Made by a program: the position numbers and the translations under genes | Notes under the pieces: model-generated | Told to the model about the DNA's origin: nothing | Seen by the model: only the letters and a program-made list of their open reading frames with translations | The model's database searches: none | In this document: in pieces, positions 50,262 to 63,325 of the stretch | How positions within the stretch are numbered: the stretch's first letter is position 1 | Layout: each line of letters opens with the position of its first letter | DNA from: Mobula hypostoma | Taxonomy: Eukaryota | DNA length: 64,000 bases | NCBI RefSeq assembly: GCF_963921235.1 | Contig: NC_086109.1 | Span: 31,250,001-31,314,000 of the forward strand | Direction of reading: 5' to 3'

Positions 50262-52520
50262 TAGTGGTCACCAACCTTTTTAAGCCCAAGATCCCCAACC
50301 TCAACTTCAGTGAAAGGCAAGATCTACCTACTAAATCGTTTAGAGAAAAAACAGCTCAGATTGTACTTCCAATTTGAGGCCTTTTATTTGGGGGAATTGT
50401 ATTTGAATTACACAAAATACTTTTGTCAAACTTTCAAATTAACTCAAACAAGAAAACACTGTAACTAGCATATCAAACAGGCTATAACTGTCTTTCTTTT
50501 AAGAATATTACAGTACTTCACACCTTTAATTCTAAGTTTCATTATTTAATTTTATTTCAACATGAAAAATGAACGAATAAAAATTGACTGTTGCACTCAG
50601 TGTGATGACTGGGGCTGAATACTTTCTGCTAGTTCCTTGAAATTTGGCTCATAGCTACAGACAGCCAGTCTGAGACATTCTGTGAGGTGTAGGGTTGCCA
50701 ACTGTCCCGTATTTCCCCCGCTAAGGTAGAGCGTTCCTATGAAACCTTTCATGCCGAAATGCTTTATGCCGAGAAAGCAATTACCATTAATTTATATGGA
50801 AAAAAATTTTGAGTGTTCCCAGACCCAAAAAAATAACCTACCAAATCATACCGAATAACACATAAAACCTAAAATAACACTAACATATAGTAAAAGCAGG
50901 AATGAGATGATAAATATACAGTCCATATAAAGTAGAAATAATGATTAAGCCAAAACTGATTCGTGGGGTTAAAAAATTGGCATGCACATGCATGGACACA
51001 CAGGTGCCCGCGCAAGGCTTCATGGTCATGGTAGTCTTACTCGGGGTAAACACAAATGTCCAGGAATTTGACTCCTACTTTTGTCCCTTATTTGGTAGTG
51101 AGAAAGTTGGCAACCCTAGTGAGATGTCTGTCAATAAGTCAGCTCCTGTATTGAGATTTAATAATTTTCATCTATGAAAATGCAATTTTACATGGGTAAG
51201 TTCACCCGAAGTAGGCACTGACCTTTAGTGCTATAAAACCAACGCGCACACCGCGCGTTGCTTGGCCCCATCTGTAGTAATTGCCACCAGTTTATGAATG
51301 GCGATGTAATTTTCATATATTTTTAAACTCATTCTAAATATCCTCACCTCGTGTTCTTTCCTTTAATTGCAAAAGAGTGAGGAAGTCCTTCTTTGTTGTA
51401 AAATCCTGGAAAGCCATTCTGACAAATACAACATGCTGAGCTGTTTGCATTACATCCAGAGATTCATCGAACTGTAGTGAAAAATATCCACATCCTCTGA
51501 CAGTGACTCTACCCTCCTTGTCACTGTTGCAGGACCAAGTGGTATATTATGTATTGCGGTTGTGATGCCGTTTTTGTTTTTAAAGTCATTAAAACAGTCT
51601 CTGCGGTAATGACCATTGCTTCCTTGAATAAATCGTCATCTGTAAAAGGCTTCTTGTGTTTAGCCAAAAGGTGACTTACACGAAATGATGCTTCAATAGC
51701 AGACTTATTTTAAGCAGCATGTTTTGTGGAAAACGATTGCTGGGCCTTCAACCCTGATTTCAGCTCAACTTTCCAGGCACAAATTGTGCTCTTTGGGGGG
51801 TAGGTGTCTTTAAATTACAGGTGGTTAGTTCTGCGATGCTGCTCCAGATTCCCCCTTTTAGTCAGTGCTTGTGTTTGGTGGCACAACATACATACACACT
51901 TGTCTTTCACCAAGGTAAACAGAAATTCCTCTTCCCATTCTTGATGGAATTTGTATGTTTTTGCCTTCTTTCGTGGAGCCTCCGCTATGCTCTCAGGATA
52001 TCACGAGCGATTTCCGATTGCGTCGCCTCTGATCTGGGCCGACGTTTATGTTCCAAGCAGCACCGAATTAATTAGCTTGTTTATTTCGGCTTTTTTTCTT
52101 AAAGGTGTGCTGTGTGCATCCCGACTACCGCTGCACCACTGCATGCTTCGCGGCCCGGAGGTTGGGGACCACTGCCGTATATTGATGTTTGCGACAGTCT
52201 GTACTCTTATCTAACCTGATTGGTCACTTTGATGCAGCACAGGCTACGCTGAAAACGCGGTGCATAGCGGGGGAACTACACACATGCGCACTGGGCAGAA
52301 AGAATGGAACTAAACCCCCGCAACCCGGAAACAATCTCTCTTTACAAACAGCTTTTTAGCAAAAATATTGCTATATTACCATTATCCTAATTAGTATTAC
52401 TTTTATAATGTGCACATTACAGCAGTATATGTGTATTTATTTTTGATTTTTCCTCGGGATCTACTGGGAAAGTCTCAAAGATCGACTGGTTGATCTCGAT
52501 CGACGGGTTGGCGACCCCTA
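50262..52520 (-). mobile_element. hAT (Buster/SPIN-like) transposon, internally deleted
   Basis: 8-bp TSD CTCTAGAG (50254-61, 52521-28); TIRs TAGTGGTCACCAACC and TAGGGGTCGCCAACC; minus-strand HQEWEEEFLFTLVKDKCVCMLC and HLLAKHKKPFTD. Confidence 0.93.
50690..51118. mobile_element. hAT-type MITE nested in the hAT element
   Basis: TIR TAGGGTTGCCAACT at both ends; 8-bp TSD GTGAGGTG/GTGAGATG. Confidence 0.9.
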
Positions 52521-55204
52521 CTCTAGAGGTACCTTTTATTTTGTCTGGACATCAGCTCTTATACGTAAGCTGTTTTTATACCATTTCCTGCATGTTTTAT
52601 CTTATTTGAAACTTCTGGTGGGAAAACATTCATCTCCATGCGTTATTTTTTTGCCATTGTAACAGCAAAATCTGTGAGTCTTGAGTTCGGTAATATTGAT
52701 AAACATTTAGTAGTATTTGAAGGAAGTATTATGTTTAATATTGCATATTAAGTTTAATCTTGTTTACGCTGTGTTGTTATGGAGTGTTGCGTATGTGTAT
52801 TAACTACCGTTTTTGACACTGGTTCAGAGAATAATTGACATTATTACTATATTTAGGCATGTGGGAATGCTCTATTGAACTTAATACGTGTCTTACTGAA
52901 CCCTGTGCAGCTTCACGGAAAAGAGATCTCATTAAAAACCCAGAAGTAAGCTTCCGCCTTGGGTAGCATTTAAGAAATTGGTTTAGCTCACTGCATTGCT
53001 GTGTATGTACAGTGAAAAGATAGCTGGTCTTTAGAGACATCGCTCACAGACTGGAACCATGCCTGAACGCTATAGAAAGTAATGTCAGCTTCTGATCTGA
53101 TCAATGTCGATTGCCTGGAGGTCAGGTCAGAATGTGCCTCATCTATCATGTCTTTGTGATGCTTATGCGAAACCGCGATTAGCATAGCGGCAGCACAAGC
53201 TTGGACCAAAGCTGAAACAGCAGAAATGAGAGCAGCTTGTGTGAGGTTGAGATGCATATGGATAAAGCCCATATGGACATAGAGAGAGCACATATAGAGT
53301 ACACTAAATAATATACCATAATCAAATGCACTCAAGGAAGAGCATAAAGCTAAGAATGCCTCAGCAGAGGCAAAAGTGTATGAAGCAGCAGTTGCCTTCA
53401 ACAGCTGTGAGGTTATAAATGGAAGCAGTCATACTTTTCTGTCACAACAGCCAATGCATCTTACTAAAGAGTATGTCCAAAAGCATTTTGGCTATAAAAA
53501 AAGACAACAGTTCAGCTGGACAAGGAGAAGTTGTCCACACCACTCAGCCAACATGTCTTTCACATAGTCCTGGTATTGACAGTCAAGGCTTACAACAACA
53601 AAGACCTGTAATACCCCTTCTGTAGTTCCACCACAGCAAAGACCTCAGTCAGGAGTTGCTACCAATGTCAATCCCATCTGCACAGACATGGAACGACTGA
53701 ACGTCCAACCATCCCAGGACACACATTTGGCAAACTGGTCTCTATAATGCTCTCATTCAGAAGTTGCAGGTGCATTAGATTTGGCTTTGTAACAGGTTCG
53801 TCGAGACCCAGTCACAGCGGGATTAAAGGTGTTTAACAACCAGTCTGCCAGTTAGCTGCACTGGAACTCAACATTTCATAATGCCTGGAAGGACTAAGTG
53901 TCAAGCCTAGCGAAGAGCTTGACCGTCTCTCTAAGTGGCTTGATTGGGAGTCACTGCAACATGTAAGGATGGTTAGAGCAGTTCACATTAATAATCCAGC
54001 TATGGGTTTATGAATGCTGTGGCAGAGGGTGAAAAAATGCTATGGCTCTCCAGAAGCAATCAAAGAATGCCCCTTCAGCAGACTCAATAACTGTCCAAAG
54101 CTCTCACATAAACAACTACAGAAGCTACAAGATCTGTTGTCAGAACTGCACGTCACAAAAAAACGAGGCTTACCTACTAAGACTGAGTTTCTTGGGCACA
54201 GCAAAAGGAATATACCCTACTGCGAAGAATGAAAATGTCACCTGCAGAATAGTATCTAAGAACAGTGGATAACTGAAGTGTTCAAGTATAAAATAAAGCA
54301 TCACCATCCACCATTTTCTTTCTTTGTGGACTTTGTCTGTCGCCATGCAGAAATGCAAAGTGCCCCTAGTTTTATGCTCTCAAGTAACACATTACTCAAA
54401 GACAGTCACCAGTAAACACATGGAAAACCAAAACCCTTATCACGGTCAGCAAAACTCTATGTGAACCCTGACAGACAGTGCTCCGTTCATTAGAAACCTC
54501 TCCCCTTCTGGAAATGATCAAGATTCAGAGAAAAAAAACCTTGCAGACTGAAGATGCATTCTAAAAGAGCACTCAATATGTTTCAAGTTGTCATACACTG
54601 CACTGAGCACTACATATTGCACTTCATTCAGGACCAGCATAATGGGTTATTACTGGTTCCAGCACACCCGCAGAAGAGCATGGTAGGCAACCAGCTGAGC
54701 ATCCATCAGATGTAGCTACTTCCTTATGTCAGAGGGACGTGGGAAAGGTTTCCAAGGGAAATACTGCTATAAAATATATCTAGCCGACTTCTACACAAAA
54801 AGACACCCTGAGCAAAAAATAAAGGCATATATGATATTAGAAGATCAGAGCAATGTGTCTTTGGCAAAGTCAATATTCTTTGACATATTCAGTGTTCAAA
54901 GTTCTGCTTTCCCATACACTCTAAAGACATATTCTTGAACATCGGAAGTTGCTGGAGAAAGAACCAGTGGATTTGTCTTGGAATCAATAGAAGGGGAGGA
55001 TAGTTACCCTTGCCAAACGTTATTGAGTGTGATCATATTCCTAACAACTGCTATGAAATTCCAACTCCTGAGCTGCATGCGGTCATTCACATCCTAAGCC
55101 AATTGCTGACCAAGATCTCCTGCTTGACTTTTCTGCTGAGGTTCTTCTATTGCTTTGCATAGACACCATCCATGTTCATAAGGTACATGCTTATGTGCAG
55201 CAAC

Positions 55205-56152
55205 ACACACCTCGAACCACATCATCAAGTTCGCCGATGACACACCCGTGGTGGGTCTCATCAGCAAGAATGATGAGTCAGCATACAGAGAGGAGGTGCA
55301 GTGGCTAACAGACTGGTGCAGAGCCTACAACCTGTCTTTGAATGTAAACAAAACAAAATAGATGGTTGTTGACTTCAGGAGGATATGGAGTGACCACTCT
55401 CTGCTGAACATTGAAGACTTCTCCGTAGAGATCATTAAGAACATTAAATTTCTCGGTGTTCACCTGGTGGAGAATCTCATCTGGTCCCTCAACACCGGCT
55501 CCATAGCAAAGAAAGCCCAGCAGCGTCTCTACTTTCTCTGAAGGCTGAGAAAAGTCCATTTCCCACCCCCCATCCTCTCCACATTCTACAGAGGTTGTAT
55601 TGAGAGCATCCTGAGCAGCTGTATCACTGCCTGTTTCGGAAATTGCACCATCTCGGATCGCAAGACCCTGCAGCGGATAGTGAGGTCAGCTGAGAAGATC
55701 ATCGGGGTCTCTCTTCCCGCCATTACAGACATTTACACCACATGCTGCATCCGTAAAGGAAACAGCATTATGAAGGACCCCACACAACCCTCATATAAAC
55801 TCTTCTTCCTCCTGCCATCTGGCAAAAGACACCGAAGCATTCTGGCTCTCACGACCAGACTATGTAACAGTTTCTTCCCCCAAGCCATCAGACTCCTCAA
55901 TACCCAGAGCCTGGACTGACACCAACCTACTGCCCTCTACTGTGCCTATTGTCTTGTTTATTATTTATTGTAATGCCTGCACTGTTTTGTGCACTTTATG
56001 CAGTCCTGGGTAGGTCTGTAATCTAGTGCAGTTTTAGTGTTGTTTTACGTAGTTTAGTGCAATGTTTTTGTATTGTTTCATGTAGCACCATGGTCCTGAG
56101 AAACATTGTCTCTTTTTTACTGTGTACTGTACCAGCAGTTATGGTTGAAATA
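55205..56152 (+). mobile_element. Rex1/Babar-type LINE 3' fragment
   Basis: IIKFADDTPVVGLISKNDESAYREEV; IESILSSCITA; LLPSGKR; 3'UTR. Confidence 0.88.
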
Positions 56153-56164
56153 GTTGATCCTGGA

Positions 56165-59100
56165 TCCCACTCAACCTCATACACCTGCTTTCTCACCGTA
56201 ATCTTTGATGCCCTGACTAATCAGGAAATTATTAACTTTCACTTTAAATATACCCATGGTCTTGGCCTCCACAGCACTCTGTGGCAGAGCATTCCACAGA
56301 TTCACTACTCTCCGGCTAAAAAAAATTCTACCTTAACACTGTTCTAAAGGGTTACTCCTCAATTTTGAGGCTGTGCCCTCCAGTTCTGGACACCCTTACC
56401 ATAGGAAACATCTGCTCCACATCCACTTTATCTAGTCCTTTCAACATTCGATAGGTTTCAATGAGATCCCCCTGCATTCTTCTAAATTCCATTCAGTACA
56501 GGCCCAAAGCTGCCAACTGCTCCTCATATGTTAACCCCTTCATTTCTGGAATCATCCTCGGGACCCTCCTCTGAACTCTCTCCAATGACAGCTAATCCTT
56601 TCTGAGATATGGAGTCCAAAACTGTTGACAATTCTCCAAGTGCAGCCTGACTAGTGTCCCATAAAGCCTCAGCACTATCTCCTTGTTTCTCTTCCTCTTG
56701 AAATGAATGCCAACATTGCAGTTGCCTTCTTTACCACAGGCTCAACCTGTAAATTAACCTTCTGAGAGTCTTGCACGAGGGCTCCTAAGCCACTTTGCAC
56801 CTCTGATGATTGAATTTTCTTTCCATTTAAATAATAGTCTGCACTCTAGTTTCTTATTACCAGAATGCATTATTATACATTTCCCAACACTGTATTCCAT
56901 CTGCCACTCTTTTGTCCATTCTTCCAATTTGTCTAAGTCGACCCGCAATTTCATTGCTTCCTCAGCACCACCTACCCCTCCACCTTTCTTCGTATCATCT
57001 GCAAGCTTTGCCACAAAGTCATTAATTCCATTATCTAAATAACTGACAAACAATGTGAAAAGTAGCGGTTCCAATACTGACCTCTGAGAAACACCACTAG
57101 TCACTGGCAGCCAACCAGTAAAGGCCCCCTTTATTCACAGTTGCTATCTCCTGCCTGTCAGCCATACCTTTATCCATATCAGTAACTTTCCTGTAATGCC
57201 ACGGAATTTTATCTTGATAAGCAGCCTCATGTCTGGCACCTTATCAAATGCTTCCTGAAAATACAAGTAAATGACATCAACTGCCTCTCCTTTGTCCACC
57301 TTGCTTGTTACTTCCTTGAAGAACTCTAATAGATTTGTCAGGCAAGATTTCCTTTTAGAGAAACCATGCTGACTTTTTTTATTTTATCATTAATCTCCAA
57401 GTACTGTACCCTGAAACATCATTCCTAATAATGGACTCCAACATTTTCCCAACCGTTGAGGTTAGGCTAACTGGCCTATAAATTTCTTTCTTTTGCCTTC
57501 CTATCTTCTTAAAAAGTGAGGTGACATTTGCATCTTCCATTCCTCTGGGACCATGCCAGAATCAAGTGATTCTTGAAAGATCATGACCTGTGCATCTGCT
57601 ATCTCTTCAGCATCCTCTTTCAAAACTCTGGAATGAAGTCCAGGTCCAGGTGACTTATCCACCATAAGACATTTCAGTTTGCCTAACACTTTTTCCTTTG
57701 TAATAACAATGGCACTCACCCCTGCTTCCTGACACTCATGGACCTCTGGCAGACTGCGTGTCTTCCACAGTGAGGACTGATGGAAAGTATTTATTAAGTT
57801 CATCCACCAACATCATTTTCCGGTGGTCCAATATCAACTCTCACCTTCCTTTTACTTTTTATATACAGGTTTCCCCTGCTGTCCGAAGATAGAGCGTTCC
57901 TATGAAACCGTTCGTAAGCTGAAATGGCGTAAAGCGAAGAAGCAATTGCCATTCATTTATATGGGAAAAACTTTTGAGCGTTCCCAGACCCAAAAAATAA
58001 CCTACCAAGTCATACCAGATAGCACATAAAACCTAAAATAACACTAACATATAGTAAAGGCAGGAACGATAAGATAAATACACAGCCTATATAAAGTAGA
58101 AATAATGCTATGTACAGTGCAGTTTCACTTAACATAATCAGGAAGATTTAGCCAAAACCGATTTGTAGAAAAAAATCGGCACGTACACGCCTGCCCGTGC
58201 AAGGCTTCACAGTCACGGTAGTCTTTCTCGGGGTAAACACAAGTTTCAAGCGGGTGTCTTTTCTCGTAAAAGCAAAATTCCTCTTTCGGTTATTTCATGC
58301 TCTTTGCAATCTCAATCCCACATCTTGGCTACTATTTAGAGGCCCATATATGATCTTCATAATGATCTCCATAATGATTCTTTTACTCTTGCAGTTTCTT
58401 AACTCCATCCACAAAGATTTAACATTCTCTGATCCTATGTCACCACTTTCTAAAGATGTGATTCCATTTCTTACCAACAAAGCCACACTACCATCCTTCC
58501 TGTCTGTCTTTTTAATACAAAGTATGCCCTTTGATATTAAGCTCCCAACTATGACCATCTTTTAGTCACGACTCAGTGACGCTCACAATGTCATACCAAC
58601 CAATCTCTAATTACGCCTGGGTTCATCCACATTATTCCGAATACTACTTGCATTTAAATACAGCACCTTCAGTCCTGAATTCTTCACTCTTTTGAATGTT
58701 GCCTCTGTGGTACAATTAAACTCTTTGCACTGTCTGCATTTGTACCCAGTCATTGGCTTATACCAGTCATATTACTCCCATCATCTACTTGTAAACCTGC
58801 TGGTTCATCCTCAGCTCTATTGTACTAGTTCCCAACTTCCTGCTATATTAGTTTAAACCACACACAACAGCTCAACAAACCTGTCCACAAGGATATTGGT
58901 CGCCTTCAGATTCAAATGCACCCCATCCCTTTTGTACAGGTCACACCTGCCCCCCCCCAGAAAGGGCCTCAATGATTCAGAAATCTGAATCCCTGCACCA
59001 TGCTCCAATTCTTCAGCCACACATTTATCTACTACCTCATTCTATTCCTATCCTCACTGTCACATGGGACAGGCAGCAATCCCAAGATTACTACCTTTGA

Positions 59101-59900
59101 GGGTCTGCTTCTCAATTTCCTTTCCAACTCCCCGTATTCTGTTTTCAGGGCCTCCTGCCTTTTTCTACTTATGTCGTCGGTACCAATATGCACCATGACT
59201 TCTGGCTGCTCACCCTTCCTTTTCAGGATGTTGTGGACAAATTCTGAAACATTGCGGTCCCTGGCACCTGGGAGGCAAGCTACCATCCGTGTTTCTTTTT
59301 TGTGTCCACAGAATTGCCAATCTGCACCCCTAACTAAAGAGTCCTTATTACTGCTGCAAACCTCTTCAGTTCCCTACCCTTCTAGGCTACAGGGCCAGAT
59401 GTAATGCCAAAGGCACAGCTGTTGTTGCTTCCCCCAGGTAGGTCCCCCCCCCCCCCAGCAGTACTCAAAATGGAGTTACTTATTGTTGAGGGGGACAGCT
59501 ACCAGTGTGCTCTCCACTATCTGATGTTTTCCCTTTCCTCTCTTGACAGCCACCCATTTACCTGTCTCCTGTAGACTTGGGGTGACTACCTCCCTGTTGC
59601 TCCTGTCTATATCTCCTCACAAGTTCTTTCCCTAACAAGCCGAACATCATCGAGCTGTAGCTCCAGTTTCCTAACAGAGTCTCTAAGGAGTTGCAGCTTG
59701 ATACACCCTGCGCAGATGAGGCGACTGTGGAGGCTGGGGGTCTCCTGGAAATCCCACATGGGACACCCAGAGCAGAACATTAGCCCCTGCCGACATACTC
59801 TTTTTCTTTCAAGGGTTAAATAAGAAATAAGAAATAACCTTCTCTACTTACCTCACCTCTGCCTGTTCTTACTGAATACTGTTGAGCCATAGCCGTGACT
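56165..59900 (-). mobile_element. Long decayed CR1: ORF1 Zn-finger and SGNH esterase, endonuclease, RT; internally deleted
   Basis: VACLPGAR..VMVHIGTDD..VVILGLLP (59032-59286); DRKDGSVALLVRNGI..LWMEL (58295-58558); KSPGP; SGVSQRSVLEPLLF..KLADDTK. Confidence 0.9.
57866..58292. mobile_element. Tigger/pogo-like MITE, one-ended
   Basis: TA|CAGGTTTCCCC start; interrupts the CR1; colinear with 50713-51055; no second TIR seen. Confidence 0.6.
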
Positions 59901-60960
59901 CAGACCACTCTGACGATGACTGCCCTACCAAACAATTTTCTCAACCTCTGCATTGGACCTGCACGGGAAAGCTTCTACTGCAAAGCCTATCGAAGATGAT
60001 TAGTAGCTGGCACTTTCTATCGAAGATGAGGTCTTTCTTTGAATCATGAATAAAGAGTTTACCAAAGATGAGTCAAACAGTTGGGTCGCTCCCCTTCCTT
60101 TCCGCTCTCCATGACAACTCCTACCAAGCAACATAGAACAGGCTCTCAGTTGACTCTTGTCCCTCAGTCACACATTGAGGAGGAAACCAGAAGTAAAAAA
60201 TCATTATGTGGAGTTTATGGAGAGACTTTTCAGGATCAATCATGTTGAGTTCGCTCCTCCACCAGATCCCAACAAAGAAAACTGGCGTTTGCCCAGCTTC
60301 GGAGTCTACAAGCTCCAGAAACCTGAACAATTACAAATGAGATTTTAGTCAAGTGCACAGTTCAAAGACGTATCACTGAACAATCTGCTCTTGCAGGGTC
60401 CAGGTCTGCTCGGGGTCTTTATGTGTTTCAGAACTGAGTCCATTGCAATGAAGGCAGACATCGGACAAATGTTTCACAGCATCCTAATGAAAGAGGAGCA
60501 TCAAAACTACCTCAGTTTCTGGTGTTTTGACACCACTACCTGGACAATGAGATTCCGGAGTACTGCATGAGAGTTCATGTATTTGGTAACTGCCCTTCGC
60601 CTGCTGTGTCAGTCTATGGCCTTAAGAAGACAGCTATCGAGGGAGAGAAGGAACTCTGGACTGAAGCACAGAGCTACACATAGAAAGGCATTTCTACGTT
60701 GATAATGGTTTTAAATTATTTTCTAATGCACAAGAAGCAACCGGCATGCTCAAAGCAATGCAAGGCATGTTGGCTCAGTCTAGTCACAAACTGCTTGAGA
60801 TCACATCCAACAGTTCTGAGGTCATGCAATGTATCCCATCTGAAGATCTGGTCAAAGGTCTACAGAATCTCGATCTTGAACGGAACCGCAGTTATATATT
60901 GAATGAAACAAGAAGATTCTGTATTTACGTACATGATAGGATCCAATTTATCAGGCTATC

Positions 60961-61188
60961 AAGACCATAAGACCATTAGATATAGGAGCAGAATTAGGCC
61001 ATTTGGCCCATCGAGTCTGATCCACCTTTTTAGTCATGGCTGATCCAACTTTCCTCTCAGTCCCAGTCTCCCATCTTCTCCCCATATCGATTCATGCCCT
61101 GACCAGTCAAGAATCTTTCAACCCCTGCCTTAAATATACATAAAGTCCTCCACAGCTGACTGTGGCAAAGAATTCCACAGATTCACCA
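60961..61188 (-). repeat. CR1 3'UTR fragment inserted in BEL pol
   Basis: (AAGACCAT)n tail; GAATTCCACAGATTCACCA; BEL frame resumes afterwards. Confidence 0.8.
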
Positions 61189-61639
61189 ACCCAGAAGAAG
61201 AAATGGAATATGTTCCTACTGAACTCGCCCCAGCTGATCTTGCCACAAGAGGGCAACAAATTAATCGGCTCACCCTCTGCTCATGGTTAACTGGTCCAAA
61301 GTTTCTTGCTGATCCTCAACAGGAACATACTCAGCAAGAAGCTTTCAACTTAGCCGACCCTGAGGCTGATGTAGAAATACACCCTCAACTGTCAACCAAC
61401 TTCATTCATTTATCACTTCTCTAACTTGGCAGTACACACTTTGTGCGGTTTTCAAGCTGGAAGTCACTTATCAGAGCAATTGCCGGGCTCTGACATATTG
61501 CTCATTCCTTTAAAAGAGTAGCCAAAGGCAGCTTTTGCAATGGTTGGCACAACTCTAAGCAACTTTTCAGTGAAGAGCAACTGAATTGGGCAAAGTTTAG
61601 AATCTTCTTGTTCTTCATTATGAATTGATTATGGGGAGC

Positions 61640-62794
61640 AAGGAGATTAGTGTGCAAACTTAAAGCACACGGTATTGGGGGTAAGGTATTGGTGTGGGTG
61701 GAGAATTGGTTAGCAGACAGGAAGCAAAGAGTGGGAATAAACGGGACCTTTTCAGAATGGCAGGCGGTGACTAGTGGGGTACCGCAAGGCTCAGTGCTGG
61801 GACCCCAGTTGTTTACAATATATATTAATGCCTTGGATGAGGGAATTAAATGCAGCATCTCCAAGTTTGCGGATGACACGAAGCTGGGTGGCAGTGTTAG
61901 CAGTGAGGAGGATGCTAAGAGGATGCAGGGTGACTTGGATAGGTTGGGTGAGTGGGCAAACTCATGGCAGATGCAATTTAATGTGGATAAATGTGAAGTT
62001 ATCCACTTTGGTGGCAAAAATAGGAAAACAGATTATTATCTGAATGGTGGCCGATTAGGAAAAGGGGAGGTGCAACGAGACCTGGGTGTCATTATACACC
62101 AGTCATTGAAAGTGGGCATGCAGGTACAGCAGGCGGTGAAAAAGGCGAACGGTATGCTGGCATTTATAGCGAGAGGATTCGAGTACAGGAGCAGGGAGGT
62201 ACTACTGCAGTTGTACAAGGCCTTGGTGAGACCACACCTGGAGTATTGTGTGCAGTTTTGGTCCCCTAATCTGAGGAAAGACATCTTTGCCATAGAGGGA
62301 GTACAAAGAAGGTTCACCAGATTGATTCCTGGGATGGCAGGTCTTTCATATGAAGAAAGACTGGATGAACTGGGCTTGTACTCGTTGGAATTTAGAAGAT
62401 TGAGGGGGGATCTGATTGAAACGTATAAGATCCTAAAAGGATTGGACAGGCTAGATGCGGGAAGATTGTTCCCGATGTTGGGGAGGTCTAGAACGAGGGG
62501 TCACAGTTTGAGGATAGAGGGGAAGCCTTTTAGGACCGAGGTTAGGAAAAACTTCTTCACACAGAGAGTGGTGAATCTGTGGAATTCTCTGCCACAGCAA
62601 ACTGTTGAGGCCAGTTCATTAGCTATGTTTAAAAGGAAGTTAGATATGGCCCTTGTGGCTACAGGGGTCAGGGGGTATGGAGGGAAGGCTGGGTTCTGAG
62701 TTGGATGATCAGCCATGATCATAATAAATGGCGGTGCAGGCTCGAAGGGCCGAATGGCCTACTCCTGCACCTATTTTCTATGTTTCTATGTTTC
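61640..62794 (+). mobile_element. Young CR1 LINE, 5'-truncated, open RT frame 61650-62699
   Basis: SGVPQGSVLGPQLF; KFADDTKLGG; (TATGTTTC)n tail; near-identical to 7948-8931. Confidence 0.97.
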
Positions 62795-63325
62795 AAAGAC
62801 AGCTTCATGCAGAGGAAGTGCAATGATTCACACAGCAGGAATCCCTCCCAAAACTAAGTCCCTTTAGTAAACTCATTCCCTTTCTTGATTCTGATGGGCT
62901 ACTGCAAGGTGGAGGATACATTAAGAAGGCACAACCCACTTCAGAGGTAACTCACCCAGTTATCTTTCTGGGCGAGATCCATGTCACCCCTCGACTCATA
63001 AAACATTCCCATGAGCAGGTATATCATCGTCATCGAAGCCAACATTTTCAAAGAGAGAACGGTAAAAGACAGTGTAGTGGAACTGTTTCTGAGGCTATCC
63101 TTCTTTTACCAAACACTTAGTGAGTGGTCACTTGAGTTATAGTTCCATTAGTTAAATTTGACATCCTATGGATGCCCGGTAAGAGGTATTCTGACCTCTT
63201 GTGGCACAGTTCAGTTTGTATGCTCATCATCCTATAAGTAAGCTATTCAGTATACCATTTCCTGTGCATGTTAATGTTGTATTTCATTTGAAGCATACAG
63301 TGGGAAGACATTATTCTTCATTCAT

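Larger units (their letters stand above)
50245..63325 (+). mobile_element. Old BEL/Pao LTR retrotransposon, fragmented by nested insertions
   Basis: Diverged LTR pair (50245-50261 plus 52521-53011, versus 63187-~63325) sharing TAAGCT..TATACCATTTCCTG..CATGTT..ATTTGAA..GTGGGAA.ACATT; Ala-rich gag from ~53083; protease-like KAYMILEDQSNVSLAK; RT remnants 60020-60880; Pao motifs RFCIYVHDRIQFIR and YVPTELAPADLATRG..WLTGPKFL. Confidence 0.8.
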
